DNA of 64,000 bases from Desulfobacterales bacterium. GTDB taxonomy: Bacteria > Desulfobacterota > Desulfobacteria > Desulfobacterales > UBA5852. The position numbers and the translations under genes are program-made. The stretch is taken from NCBI GenBank assembly GCA_963674755.2, contig CAXXVS010000003.1, positions 1,312,001 through 1,376,000 of the forward strand, given 5' to 3'. The stretch's first letter is position 1; the number at the start of each line of letters is the position of its first letter. Of the stretch, positions 21,617 through 31,725 are shown piece after piece. The notes beneath the pieces are model-generated. The model saw nothing but the letters and a program-made list of their open reading frames with translations. It ran no database searches and was not told the origin of the DNA.

Positions 21617-23191
21617 TCACAGGCGTTGGACCGCGATCATGGTGACATCATCCAGCCGCGGCGCCTTGCCGATAAACCGGAAAAGGTTTTCCTTGACCTG
21701 CTCCAACAGATCCGCCGCGGTGGCCGCCGGCTCGACCAGGAGGTCCCGCAGGCGCTGTCGGGAAAACATTTCATCGTCCGGTGAGCGGGCGTCGATGACC
21801 CCGTCCGTATACCCCATGAGCAGTTCGCCGGGCATGAGGGTGATCTGCGCGCTGCGGTAGACGATCTCTTCCGAAATGCCCAGGGCGGGTCCGGTGGGGG
21901 AGAGTTTATGGCGGATCTGGCCGGCCCGTACGACATAGAGCGGCTCATGGCCGGCATTGATGTAGTGCAGACGGCCGCTGGCCGGATCCAGGACGCCGAA
22001 AAAGGCAGTGGCGAACATGGCATCCTGGCCGTGATTGCGGGCGATGTAGTCGTTGGTGCGCTTCATGGCCCGCAGAATTTCTTCAGGATTCATGACCTTG
22101 CCGTCGGCTTGCAGCGTCGGTTGCTCGGCATAGATGCGGATCAGGCTGCGAAAGAGCGCCATGTAAAAGGCCGATCCGACCCCCTTGTCGCAGACATCGG
22201 CAATGACCAGCCCCATATTTTCCCCGGCCAGAGAGAAGACGTCGTAGAAATCGCCTGACACCTGGCGGGCGGGATCGAAGAAGGCGGCAATATTCCAGTC
22301 CGGCAATTGGGGAAGTTGGCGTGGCAGGAAGTCGCGTTGAATCTGGCGGCCTTTTTCCAGTTCGAATTCGAGCAGGCGCGTCTGCTCTCTTTCCTGCAAT
22401 CCCATGACCATCTGGTTGAAATTCCGCGACAGCTTCCCGATCTCGTCATCCGCTTCAGCAGGAACCCGCACCGAGAGGTCGCCCCGGGCCACTTCTTCCG
22501 CGCTGCGGGAAAGCACTTCGATGGGGCGTGCCAGTCGGCGGGCGAAGAAATACCCCACGATACGAAGCAGCACCAGCGCCAAAAGCGTCATCCACAGCAG
22601 ATGGACGAGCTTGCGATTGATCAACCCCGCCATGCCCTGCTTGTCGACACCAAGGCGCAAAAAATAGCGGTTGTGATCACCGGGGCGGGTGATATCAAAA
22701 AACAGGGCCAGGGTTTGGCTGGACAGGGCGAACCCGGAGCCTTCCCATCCCACGCGGGACGTGCCTTGTTGCAGGCTTTGGGCCTGTTCGGCGGAAACCG
22801 GGCTTTTACGGAGCACGTGATCGGGCCCGATGTCAAACCGATACCAGTCGGCCCCGTTATCGTGAAGGCTGTAGAACGCAATGTCCTGCACGGTATAAAA
22901 ATTGGAGGATAGGGCTTTGAGGGTATGGGTCACTTCATAGAGTCCGGGCTGGTCTGTTCCACTTCGGTACCAGATGAAATCAGGCTCCCGGCTGCCTGCC
23001 ACCCGATCCAATTGATGCCGTACCAGGCGGTGGGCCGAATCGATGAAGTGCTTCTTGGTCGCAATCATGTAGACCAGCGTGCTGGCATAGAACACGATCA
23101 GTCCGAAAATGACGAAATAGACCGTCATGCGGCGCGCCATGGAAGGGCGCCAGAAGCAGAAACAGGACTGAACATGGGTTTTGACATTCAT
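21617..23191 (-). CDS. HAMP-containing SpoIIE/RsbU-type PP2C phosphatase
   Basis: Two TM segments, HAMP (DEIGKLSRNFNQM), VSGDFYD, ADVCDKG, NAGH, YTDG, DDVT. Confidence 0.9.
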   Translation of the reverse strand: MNVKTHVQSCFCFWRPSMARRMTVYFVIFGLIVFYASTLVYMIATKKHFIDSAHRLVRHQLDRVAGSREPDFIWYRSGTDQPGLYEVTHTLKALSSNFYTVQDIAFYSLHDNGADWYRFDIGPDHVLRKSPVSAEQAQSLQQGTSRVGWEGSGFALSSQTLALFFDITRPGDHNRYFLRLGVDKQGMAGLINRKLVHLLWMTLLALVLLRIVGYFFARRLARPIEVLSRSAEEVARGDLSVRVPAEADDEIGKLSRNFNQMVMGLQEREQTRLLEFELEKGRQIQRDFLPRQLPQLPDWNIAAFFDPARQVSGDFYDVFSLAGENMGLVIADVCDKGVGSAFYMALFRSLIRIYAEQPTLQADGKVMNPEEILRAMKRTNDYIARNHGQDAMFATAFFGVLDPASGRLHYINAGHEPLYVVRAGQIRHKLSPTGPALGISEEIVYRSAQITLMPGELLMGYTDGVIDARSPDDEMFSRQRLRDLLVEPAATAADLLEQVKENLFRFIGKAPRLDDVTMIAVQRL

Positions 23192-23823
23192 GGCCGGGTT
23201 CTCCGCTGCTGCGCCCCTTCAGGCGCGATGGTCAGGCCGTCCAACATCAACCCGACGGTATAGACGACATCTTTTTCAACGGTGGTATAGTCGATGGCAT
23301 CCGGTAGCCCCTGCGCCGGAGCGGTGCCGGTATTGTGCTTGAGGGCATCGGTGACGGTAAGCATGATCCGGGCCAGCCTGCGGGCATCGTCGGTTTTGAT
23401 TTCACCGCTTTGCATGCCGTCTTGCAGCCGTTGGCCGATAAAGTCGATTTCGCGTTCCAGCACGTCCTGGTAAAGGCCCCTGAAGGAGGGCTGGATGCGT
23501 TGCAAGGTTTCGATGGAGAGGTTGTGCAGGTTGACGACGTGCTGGTAGTAACGCAAGCGCTCCGTCAGATAGCTCAGGATCCGGTTGCGGCACCCGCGGG
23601 CTTTGAGGGCTTTGGCCTGCAGGGCGCCCAGGAATTTTTCGGCCTCCTGGACGATGACGGCGATAAAGATCGACTCCTTGTTGGGGTAGTAATAATAAAG
23701 CGAGGTCTTGTTGAGCCCGATGCGTCCGGCAATGTCCTCCATGGTGGTCTTGCCGTAGCCAAAGCGGGCCAGGCATTCCGAGGCGGCCGCCAAAATCTGC
23801 CGGCGTTTATCGCTAACGTTCAT
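23188..23823 (-). CDS. TetR family regulator
   Basis: HTH GYGKTTMEDIA...SLYYYYPNKE; stop overlaps the phosphatase start (ATGA). Confidence 0.9.
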   Translation of the reverse strand: MNVSDKRRQILAAASECLARFGYGKTTMEDIAGRIGLNKTSLYYYYPNKESIFIAVIVQEAEKFLGALQAKALKARGCRNRILSYLTERLRYYQHVVNLHNLSIETLQRIQPSFRGLYQDVLEREIDFIGQRLQDGMQSGEIKTDDARRLARIMLTVTDALKHNTGTAPAQGLPDAIDYTTVEKDVVYTVGLMLDGLTIAPEGAQQRRTRP

Positions 23824-23883
23824 GGGGGTTACCCTTGACGGTGACGGTTGACAAAGGATGGCGTTGTCCGGAGGGACAAACAA

Positions 23884-23919
23884 TCAAACAAATTTATGAA
23901 TTGTTTGAATTTTTGTCAA
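23884..23919 (-). promoter_or_regulatory. tetR promoter with an overlapping inverted-repeat operator
   Basis: Minus-strand TTGACA-17-TAAATT; TCAAACAA-N9-TTGTTTGA at 23884-23908. Confidence 0.65.
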
Positions 23920-24023
23920 CGCCCGGTGACCGTATGGCGGTATCTTCTGAGAAATGCCGCTTGACCCCACCGGACGGGTCTTCTATCTTGGGCGGGACTT
24001 AAACCGTTCGAAAAGGAGGCGCT

Positions 24024-24443
24024 ATGGTGGCACGGGTTCGGAACACGGCGATCGGTATCGTTATGATCGTGGCGGCAATGGGCTTGACGGGGTGTCCCGC
24101 ATTGTTCGTGGGGGCCGCCGGCGGGGCGGTAGCCGGGGCGCTCTATTACCAAGGCGAGTTGAAGGCGGACGTGGATGCCACACCCCCGGCCACCATCGCG
24201 GCCACGGAAAAAGCCTTTCGGGATTTGATCTGGTCCAAGGAGATTGTTGACGTAACGGACACCGACGGTCTGGCCACGGCCCGCACCGCCACAGGCAAAG
24301 AAGTCAAAGTGACGGTGGCCGCCAAGACGCCCGAGGTTTCCACCGTGGCCATCCGTGTCGGCACCTTCGGCGATGAGAACCTCAGCCGCCTGCTCTACGA
24401 CCGCATTGTAAGTTTTCTCAAACGGGAGGCGGCGGTCGACTAG
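24024..24443 (+). CDS. DUF3568-like lipoprotein
   Basis: AGGAGG RBS, lipobox LTGC, GAAGGAVAG, IRVGTFGDE. Confidence 0.75.
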   Translation: MVARVRNTAIGIVMIVAAMGLTGCPALFVGAAGGAVAGALYYQGELKADVDATPPATIAATEKAFRDLIWSKEIVDVTDTDGLATARTATGKEVKVTVAAKTPEVSTVAIRVGTFGDENLSRLLYDRIVSFLKREAAVD

Positions 24444-24509
24444 AAAAACCCGCATTCGGCCATCGCCCCCATCTTGACAACGAAAAACGGATCGTCACCC
24501 TAGCCGCCT

Positions 24510-25421
24510 ATGGACAACATCATCGACGTTCAACATCTGATCAAACGCTATGATGGTTTCACCGCGGTGGACGATTTGTCCTTTAGCGTGGCGCCGGGCG
24601 AATTCTTCGGTCTGCTGGGGCCCAACGGGGCCGGTAAAACCACGACCATCCGCACCCTTTACGGATTTTCTCCCATCACCGAAGGCCGGGTGCAGGTTTT
24701 CGGCCGGGACATCGCCTCGGACCGGCGCGTCATCAAGGCCCGCATTGGGGTCTGCCAGCAGGACAACACCCTGGATCCGGACCTGAGCGTGGCGCAGAAT
24801 CTGCTGATCTTTGCCGGCTATTTCAGTATCCCCGCGCCGGAAGCGCAGCGCCGGGCGGAAGAACTGCTGGAATTTTTTGCCCTCGTCCACAAGAAGGACG
24901 CCAAGGTGATGGAATTGTCCGGCGGCATGGCCCGTCGGCTGATTTTGGCCCGCGCCCTGATCAACCAGCCGGATTTGCTGATCCTGGACGAGCCCACCAC
25001 CGGGCTCGATCCCCAATCGCGCCACCAGGTATGGGAAAAGCTGGAATCCCTCAAGGAACGCGGATTGACGGTCCTGATGACTACCCACTACATGGAGGAG
25101 GCCGCCCAACTCTGCGACCGGCTGGTGATCGTCGATCACGGCAAGATCCTGGTGGACGGGACGCCGGAGGAATTGATCGCACGGCACGCCGGGGGCAGCG
25201 TGATCGAGATCGAAGGGCCCGACCCGGCCCTGCGAGATTACATCGCCCGGAACGACGTGGCCTGCGAGGATCTGGAGCGCAAACTAATCATCTACACCAC
25301 CGAGGATTCAGAATTGAACACCATCATCCGGGAACGCTTTTGTGCGGCCCGCTGCACCTTCCGCAGCAGCACCCTGGAAGATGTCTTCCTGCGGCTGACC
25401 GGAAGGGCGCTGCGCGAATGA
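24510..25421 (+). CDS. ABC-2 exporter ATP-binding protein (NodI-like)
   Basis: GPNGAGKTT, LSGGMARR, LDEPTTGLD, TTHYMEEA. Confidence 0.9.
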   Translation: MDNIIDVQHLIKRYDGFTAVDDLSFSVAPGEFFGLLGPNGAGKTTTIRTLYGFSPITEGRVQVFGRDIASDRRVIKARIGVCQQDNTLDPDLSVAQNLLIFAGYFSIPAPEAQRRAEELLEFFALVHKKDAKVMELSGGMARRLILARALINQPDLLILDEPTTGLDPQSRHQVWEKLESLKERGLTVLMTTHYMEEAAQLCDRLVIVDHGKILVDGTPEELIARHAGGSVIEIEGPDPALRDYIARNDVACEDLERKLIIYTTEDSELNTIIRERFCAARCTFRSSTLEDVFLRLTGRALRE

Positions 25422-26203
25422 GAGCTCCTTTCGACATTTCATGGCGTTTTCTAAAGGTTTGGCGGCGCAACCTGGTGACCTACCAGAAAATCTGGAAAGT
25501 CAATTTCATCACCCCCCTGCTGGAACCATTGCTCTATATCCTGGCTTTCGGCCTGGGGTTCAGCGGTTTGGTGGAGGGGGTCGACTATGCCGGCCGGCAA
25601 TTGACCTACACCCAGTTCATCGCCCCGGCCCTGATCGCCACGGCCGTCATGTGGAACGCGTTTTTCGAGACCACCTATGCCTCCTTCGTGCGCATGTACT
25701 ACCAGAAGACCTTTGACGGCATGCTGGCCACGCCCCTGTCCCTGGAAGAGATCATCCTGGCCGAAGTGGTCTGGAGCGCCACCAAGGCCTTCGGGGCGGC
25801 CGCCATCATGATGGTCGTGCTGGGGATTCTGGGGTTCATCGATTTCCCTTCCGGGCTGCTGATCCTCCCCGTGGCATTTCTGGGCGGATTGGCCATGGGG
25901 GCCATCGGCATGTTCTTCACCGGCATTACGCCCACCATCGACATGTTCAACCTGCCCATTTTCCTATTCATCACGCCCATGTTCCTTTTCAGCGGCACCT
26001 TTTTTCCGGTCTCGAACCTGCCGGCCTGGGCCCAGCCCATGGCCCTGGCCTTTCCCCTCTACCACCTGGTGGAGTTGGTCCGGCGCTTCAGTCTGGGGGT
26101 CAGCCAAACGCATCCCGCCATCAGTATGGCCTACTTGTTGATTTTCGCCCTGATCTTTTTGGCGCTGGCGATGCGCAGCATGCGCAAACGATTGATCAGC
26201 TGA
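25418..26203 (+). CDS. ABC-2 exporter permease (NodJ-like)
   Basis: VWRRN...EPLLY, FIAPAL, TPMFLFSGTFFP; ATGA overlap with the upstream gene. Confidence 0.88.
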   Translation: MRAPFDISWRFLKVWRRNLVTYQKIWKVNFITPLLEPLLYILAFGLGFSGLVEGVDYAGRQLTYTQFIAPALIATAVMWNAFFETTYASFVRMYYQKTFDGMLATPLSLEEIILAEVVWSATKAFGAAAIMMVVLGILGFIDFPSGLLILPVAFLGGLAMGAIGMFFTGITPTIDMFNLPIFLFITPMFLFSGTFFPVSNLPAWAQPMALAFPLYHLVELVRRFSLGVSQTHPAISMAYLLIFALIFLALAMRSMRKRLIS

Positions 26204-26219
26204 TCGAAGGAGCCGATCC

Positions 26220-26678
26220 GTGCCCACCCGTGCCGTCGCCTGGCTGCAAAAGAAGAAGATTCCCCATGAGATCGTGCACTACGCGCACGCGGAAAAAGGG
26301 GCCGCCTTCGCCGCCCGGGCCACCGGTTTTCCCCTGGCGAACACGATCAAAACCCTGGTGGTGGATCTGGGGGCAAAGACTTACGGACTGGCCCTCATAC
26401 CGGGCGATCGGGAGCTCGCACTCAAAAAAATGGCCCAGGCCTGCGGGGTAAAAAAAGCCGCTATGGCGGATCCGGCCGCTGCCGAACGGCTGACCGGCTA
26501 CCACGTGGGCGGCATCAGCCCCTTCGGCCTGCGGCAACGGCTGCCGGTGGTCATGGAAGAACGTCTCCTGACCCATGCGGCCGTCATGATTAATGCCGGT
26601 CAGCGCGGGATCATGCTGAAGATGGCGCCGGAGGATATCGTGACGGCGACGGGGGGCCGCACGGCAACGCTGGTATGA
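26220..26678 (+). CDS. ybaK: YbaK/EbsC family aminoacyl-tRNA deacylase
   Basis: KTLVV, TGYHVGGISPFG, NAGQRG. Confidence 0.85.
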   Translation: MPTRAVAWLQKKKIPHEIVHYAHAEKGAAFAARATGFPLANTIKTLVVDLGAKTYGLALIPGDRELALKKMAQACGVKKAAMADPAAAERLTGYHVGGISPFGLRQRLPVVMEERLLTHAAVMINAGQRGIMLKMAPEDIVTATGGRTATLV

Positions 26679-27125
26679 TGCCAAAGCCGTCGCGGCGATG
26701 ATGCGATTATTTTGACAGATAGCGCTAATCGTCAAATTGATCGAAGTGCAGATAAGGGAATGTAGTTTGCTATTTCGGTCGGGCTGTTTTTTAGCGCTCG
26801 ACCGCACCACAACACAGACAAAGCGTCAGATAGGGCTGGCCCCTAAGGCCTGTTCACCGCTAAAAATACCCTAACAGAAATGCTTGTATGCGATGATCAC
26901 CCCATATGGGGAAACGATTTTTTCGTTATTCTGTTCGTAATAAAATGCCAAGCGCGTAACCTGGGTATAGAACATAATGCTTTGATTTATCGTAATAATC
27001 GGTCTAAGCATTTTCAAATCCAAACGATCTTCCTGACGTTAATCAAGTTTTCAACGTTTTGTCGGCCGGTGCGCAACGCGTGGCGGTGAAGCACGCCTAC
27101 CGAGGCGAACGGAAAGCATAGCGAC

Positions 27126-29024
27126 ATGAACGACAAGCCAGTTGCCCCTTCTGCGCCGGCACTGAATTCCCAGAGCAAATCCCTCGAAGAGGTTCACCGC
27201 ACGGTCGAGACCCAGCACCCCAACTTATTTAAGCGTATCTTTGCCTTTGCGGGACCGGCCTATCTGGTCAGCGTCGGTTACATGGATCCCGGCAACTGGG
27301 CCACCGACCTGGAGGGCGGCTCGCGTTTCGGCTATGCCCTGATCTGGGTGATCCTGATGTCGAACATGATGGCCGTGCTCCTGCAGACATTGGCGGCGCG
27401 CCTGGGGATTGTCACCGGCAAGGACCTGGCCCAGGCCTGCCGGGCCGAATATTCCAAATTCGCTTCTTTTGTGCTCTGGATCCTGTGCGAGATCGCCATT
27501 GCGGCCTGCGATCTGGCGGAATTGCTGGGCACCATCCTCGGGCTGAATCTTCTTTTCGGCCTGCCCCTGCTTTGGGGGGCATTGGTAACCCTGTTCGATA
27601 CATTTTTGCTGCTTGCGATCCAGCGCTTGGGGATGCGCAAAATGGAAGCGTTCATTCTTTCGTTGATCAGCGTCATTGCGGGCGGGTTCATGATCAATCT
27701 TTTTCTGGCCAAGCCGGACTGGGGTCCGGCGGCCGCCGGATTGATCCCTTCCCTGCCGGCGGGATCGCTTTACATCGCGCTCGGCATCATCGGCGCCACG
27801 GTCATGCCGCACAATCTTTATCTGCATTCCTCCCTGGTGCAGACCCGGCGGGTATCCCGCATTGTTGACTCAAAGGCCGAGGCCTGCCGCTATAACCTGC
27901 TCGATTCCGCCATCGCTTTAAATGCGGCCTTTTTTGTCAACACGGCCATTCTCGTCCTGGCGGCGGCTGTCTTTCATCGTCACGGCATTGTGGTTACCGA
28001 AATTCAGCAGGCCCACAAAATGCTCGACCAGCTTCTGGGCTCCCAGGCCGCACCCATCGCGTTCGGGTTGGCATTATTGGCCGCCGGTCAAAGCTCAACC
28101 CTGACCGGCACCCTGGCGGGGCAAATCGTCATGGAAGGGTTTGTCCGGATTCGCCTCCGACCTCATTTGCGACGTCTGATAACGCGTGTCATCGCGCTGC
28201 TGCCGGCCGTGGTGGTCATTTCGATCTCGGGCGATCAAGGGACCTACCAGCTGTTGATTCTCAGCCAGGTGATTCTGAGCCTGCAATTGCCGTTTGCCAT
28301 CGTTCCCCTGGTGCATTTTACCAGCGACAAGTTGAAAATGGGGTCCTTCGCCAGCAAGCTGTGGGTGAAGGTGTTGGCCTGGATTACGTCCGCCATCATT
28401 ATCGCGCTCAACGGCAAACTGGTTTACGACCAGGTCATGGGATGGATCACGGGGGGCGGTCCCCTGCTATTCTCCATTGCGGCGGTGTTGGGTGCGGCCG
28501 CCATTTCCCTTTTCCTGGTTTACATTATCATCCTTCCGCTGGTACGCGGCGAACGGGGGTGGATCGAAGAAAAGAGCGACGATGCTTCGGCGGTTATCGA
28601 GGGGATCGCAACCCAGCGCATACGCCATATCGCCGCCGCGCTGGGGCGGGATGCGAACGACACGGCCATCGTCAGCCGCGCCCTGTCCCTGGCCAGGGCG
28701 GAAAAGGCCCTGTTGACCCTTATCCATGTGGCCGACACGGCCATGGCACATGTCTACAACACGGATGGCTATGACGCCCATACCCGTGACGACGAGCACT
28801 ACCTGATGGAAATTATGGAAGAGATCCACTCCTCCGACGTGATGGTGGAAATTGCGCTGGCCTATGGTGATCCGGCCAAGGAACTGGTGAAATTCGCGAC
28901 AACGCACAACGTCGATATGTTGGTCATGGGATCCCACGGGCACCGCTTGCTGGGCGACCTTTTGTGGGGCGAAACCGTGGACCCGGTGCGCCACCGGGTC
29001 GATATTCCGGTTTTGGTGGTGTGA
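27126..29024 (+). CDS. mntH: NRAMP divalent metal transporter fused to a C-terminal USP domain
   Basis: YMDPGN, VMPHNLYLHS, GQSSTLTGT; USP motif MGSHGHR...GETV. Confidence 0.92.
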   Translation: MNDKPVAPSAPALNSQSKSLEEVHRTVETQHPNLFKRIFAFAGPAYLVSVGYMDPGNWATDLEGGSRFGYALIWVILMSNMMAVLLQTLAARLGIVTGKDLAQACRAEYSKFASFVLWILCEIAIAACDLAELLGTILGLNLLFGLPLLWGALVTLFDTFLLLAIQRLGMRKMEAFILSLISVIAGGFMINLFLAKPDWGPAAAGLIPSLPAGSLYIALGIIGATVMPHNLYLHSSLVQTRRVSRIVDSKAEACRYNLLDSAIALNAAFFVNTAILVLAAAVFHRHGIVVTEIQQAHKMLDQLLGSQAAPIAFGLALLAAGQSSTLTGTLAGQIVMEGFVRIRLRPHLRRLITRVIALLPAVVVISISGDQGTYQLLILSQVILSLQLPFAIVPLVHFTSDKLKMGSFASKLWVKVLAWITSAIIIALNGKLVYDQVMGWITGGGPLLFSIAAVLGAAAISLFLVYIIILPLVRGERGWIEEKSDDASAVIEGIATQRIRHIAAALGRDANDTAIVSRALSLARAEKALLTLIHVADTAMAHVYNTDGYDAHTRDDEHYLMEIMEEIHSSDVMVEIALAYGDPAKELVKFATTHNVDMLVMGSHGHRLLGDLLWGETVDPVRHRVDIPVLVV

Positions 29025-29041
29025 TCAGAAGATCATAACCG

Positions 29042-30154
29042 CTATTCGATGGCCTGGAATTCTTTCATGAATTTCCGGTCAATATAATCTTTGACCTTAA
29101 ACGCCAGTTTGCCGTCCATCAACAGCCAACGCTTGCGCAACACACCGATGCCGCCCCCCAGATTAAAGATCAGCAGATAGTCGCCCCCCGGATCAAAGGC
29201 CTGCAAGGGGGCGTCTTCCAGGGCCGCCATCAGGTTATGGTACAGCACCGGGTTCTGGCGCACGGCATAAACACCCACCTTGTCGAGCGGTTGTTTTTCA
29301 AAGTAGATGCAATCGCCGCCGCCGAACATGTCGGGGTGATCAACACTCTGAAGGTATTCATTGACCCGCAAACCGCCATTCGGACCCGTGGTCAAGGCCG
29401 AGTTTTTAAAAATGGAGTTGGGTCGAACGCCCATGGCCAGAAAAATAAAATCCAGCGCGTGGGCCTTGCCCGAAGTGAGCGTCACCGCCCCTGTTCCGAT
29501 GGATTCGGCATAGCCGTCGGTATTAATTTCAATGCCCCGCTGGGTGAGCACCCGCTGGATTTTGGCGGCAACCTTTTCAGGAAAGCGTCCCATAAAGCGC
29601 TTGCCGGCGAAGATTTTCACGACGGGTGACGGTCCCTGGATGTGGCGCGTCAATTGCCAGATATTCCCGGCCACTTCCGCCGCAGAAGGGCCGCCCCCCA
29701 GAATACCAATGGTGATGCGCTTCCTGGTCGCCAGTTCGAGAATCCGCGCCTGGGCCTCCATCAGTCGTTCAATGGGCTTGACCGCATAGACGTCCCGGGC
29801 CTCTTCAGGCAGATCGAGGCGGGGGACATGGCTGCCGGCGTTGAAGGAAATGACATCGTAGCCGACCGTCGCACCGGAGGCCAGTTCCACCGTTTTTTCG
29901 CCGGCCCGGATGCCAACCGCCTTGTCGCGGATAAAGGTTCCGCCCTGTTTCTCCACCACATGCCGGGTTTTAAAGCGGATGTCGTCCGGCGCATAGGTCT
30001 TCCCGAGCATCCCGGGCCCCATGCCGGAATAGTAATGGTGGTCGGACGGGCCAATGACGGTGACCCGGTGTCCCTTTTCGATAAAGGTGTGCAATTTTGC
30101 CAGGGTGACCATATGCGCGTGGCCGCCCCCGATCAGAACCAGATGTTTTCCCAT
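29042..30154 (-). CDS. FAD-dependent pyridine nucleotide-disulfide oxidoreductase (SelD N-terminal-like)
   Basis: GGGHAH, YSGMGPG, GGGPSAAE, GGGDC, GVYAVRQ. Confidence 0.82.
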   Translation of the reverse strand: MGKHLVLIGGGHAHMVTLAKLHTFIEKGHRVTVIGPSDHHYYSGMGPGMLGKTYAPDDIRFKTRHVVEKQGGTFIRDKAVGIRAGEKTVELASGATVGYDVISFNAGSHVPRLDLPEEARDVYAVKPIERLMEAQARILELATRKRITIGILGGGPSAAEVAGNIWQLTRHIQGPSPVVKIFAGKRFMGRFPEKVAAKIQRVLTQRGIEINTDGYAESIGTGAVTLTSGKAHALDFIFLAMGVRPNSIFKNSALTTGPNGGLRVNEYLQSVDHPDMFGGGDCIYFEKQPLDKVGVYAVRQNPVLYHNLMAALEDAPLQAFDPGGDYLLIFNLGGGIGVLRKRWLLMDGKLAFKVKDYIDRKFMKEFQAIE

Positions 30155-30156
30155 TG

Positions 30157-30990
30157 TTAGATCCTGTTATCCATGAGCTTGCCGAGTTGTTCGAGGTGCC
30201 CCCGCTCTTCTTCCGCAATTTTCTGCAAGGCTGCTTTGCTGCGCGGATCACGGCTTCTTTCCGATGCGCGGGTATACAGATCCAGGGCCTGGGCTTCAAT
30301 CGACATGGCCAGGGATATGACATCGACGGCGGAGTCCCAATCCGGTTGATACATTTGGACGTATTCATCCGTGGTCAGGCCGCCTTCCACGGCCTTGACC
30401 ACCAGATCCCGGTCGAAGGTTTCCCGGTCGATCTGTTTCCCTGCCACCTGAAGATATTCATTAAAGATGCGGTCCTGGTGCAGCAATTCGATGTCGGAGA
30501 GCTTGCGAAACAAATCTTTGATATCAGACGGCGGCACCTTTGCGATCATCGAGAGATAAAAGTCACGCAGTCCGGCCTCCAGGGAATAAGCGGCCACCAG
30601 GGTCTCCTCGATCGATTCCTTGCCCGTCAATAGTTCCAGGCCCGTTTCTTCGGACCCGACGGCCACCTGCCCGTCCCAGGCCTTGATGCCCCCTGCGATA
30701 TTGATGACATTGCCAAGCCCCTTGCCTGAAAGCATTTGAGCAGCGACACGGCTCCTCCCGCCGACGGCACAGTAGACGAGGGTGGGCTTGGACGGGTCGA
30801 TCTCGTCCAGGTGTTTATCCAATTCGGCAATGGGGATCAGCTTGGCGCCCGGAATATGGCGGTTTTCATATTCTTTAGGCTGGCGGACATCGATCAGGTT
30901 GAAATCCTCCTGGGATTTGCCCGCCATAAAGGTTCTGGCTTCCGTGGCCGTCATCGATGTCGCAGGGGTAAAAAATTGCTTCCAGCGCAT
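30157..30990 (-). CDS. Rhodanese plus ferritin/rubrerythrin-like fusion protein
   Basis: GGAGGAG RBS; DVRQPKEY..HIPGA and YCAVGGRS; diiron-type motifs ELLH and ERGH. Confidence 0.85.
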   Translation of the reverse strand: MRWKQFFTPATSMTATEARTFMAGKSQEDFNLIDVRQPKEYENRHIPGAKLIPIAELDKHLDEIDPSKPTLVYCAVGGRSRVAAQMLSGKGLGNVINIAGGIKAWDGQVAVGSEETGLELLTGKESIEETLVAAYSLEAGLRDFYLSMIAKVPPSDIKDLFRKLSDIELLHQDRIFNEYLQVAGKQIDRETFDRDLVVKAVEGGLTTDEYVQMYQPDWDSAVDVISLAMSIEAQALDLYTRASERSRDPRSKAALQKIAEEERGHLEQLGKLMDNRI

Positions 30991-31725
30991 AGGCTCCTCC
31001 TTGCAGTTGCAGTCAAAAAGCGTGTGGCAAACCGCCCCGGGTTGCAGCCCAGCGGGCGGGCGGTTTCCTATGATCTCAAGCGCTGCCATCAACAGGTGCG
31101 CAGCGCCTTATGGCATTATCGAGAAATCGCAGAACGCAAAAGGGATAGAATACCACTCGTGCAGTTTAAGCGAAAAAGAGGCCATCCGTCTCATATTCCA
31201 GCTGAGGTTACGGCATTCTATGCATAGCATATGAGAATCAGATCCGTTTAAACAGTAAACATAGGGGGATGTAAAAACTTCAGCGTACAGGAGCGGATCC
31301 GTTGCGTTCCGGGTCTGTCGCAAGGGGGAAATCGTAACGCCTATTTAGTCGACATGTATGTATTTTGTCAAGATTCACTCATAGTTACGTATTTTTTAGC
31401 GTTGTCTTGTGGCCGACTGATTTTATTGGATATATCTCGATATTGAAAGGGAATGACAAGTTAAGGGCCGTGTAACCGCGCCATCTGCGGCAACCGAATA
31501 GACTGCCGTATCAAGTTCAACATCGATATCCTCCGCGTGAGATACGATCACCACACGCTCTGCGGGTGGCGTGCCATTCCGCCAACACACCCAAACCATC
31601 CCGATTTCCCAGAGATATCCGGACCGTCAAATAGTTCGAGCTCAATTTGGTCTGAGGTTTCGGCACAGGCAAGTCATCACCAGGGGATCTGGTGGCGATT
31701 GGGGCCGGCACCCCCTCGTATCATG

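Noticed and set aside
24510..26203. NodIJ-like genes as evidence of Nod-factor export
   Set aside because: No nodABC; generic ABC-2 pairs of this type are widespread.
30760..30780. Possible selenocysteine at the rhodanese active site
   Set aside because: The codon is TGT (Cys) and the ORF is uninterrupted.
31130..31311. 6S RNA identity for the 182-nt hairpin
   Set aside because: Size fits, but the internal loop is strongly asymmetric (5 versus 37 nt) and the usual gene context is absent; kept only as an unnamed candidate.
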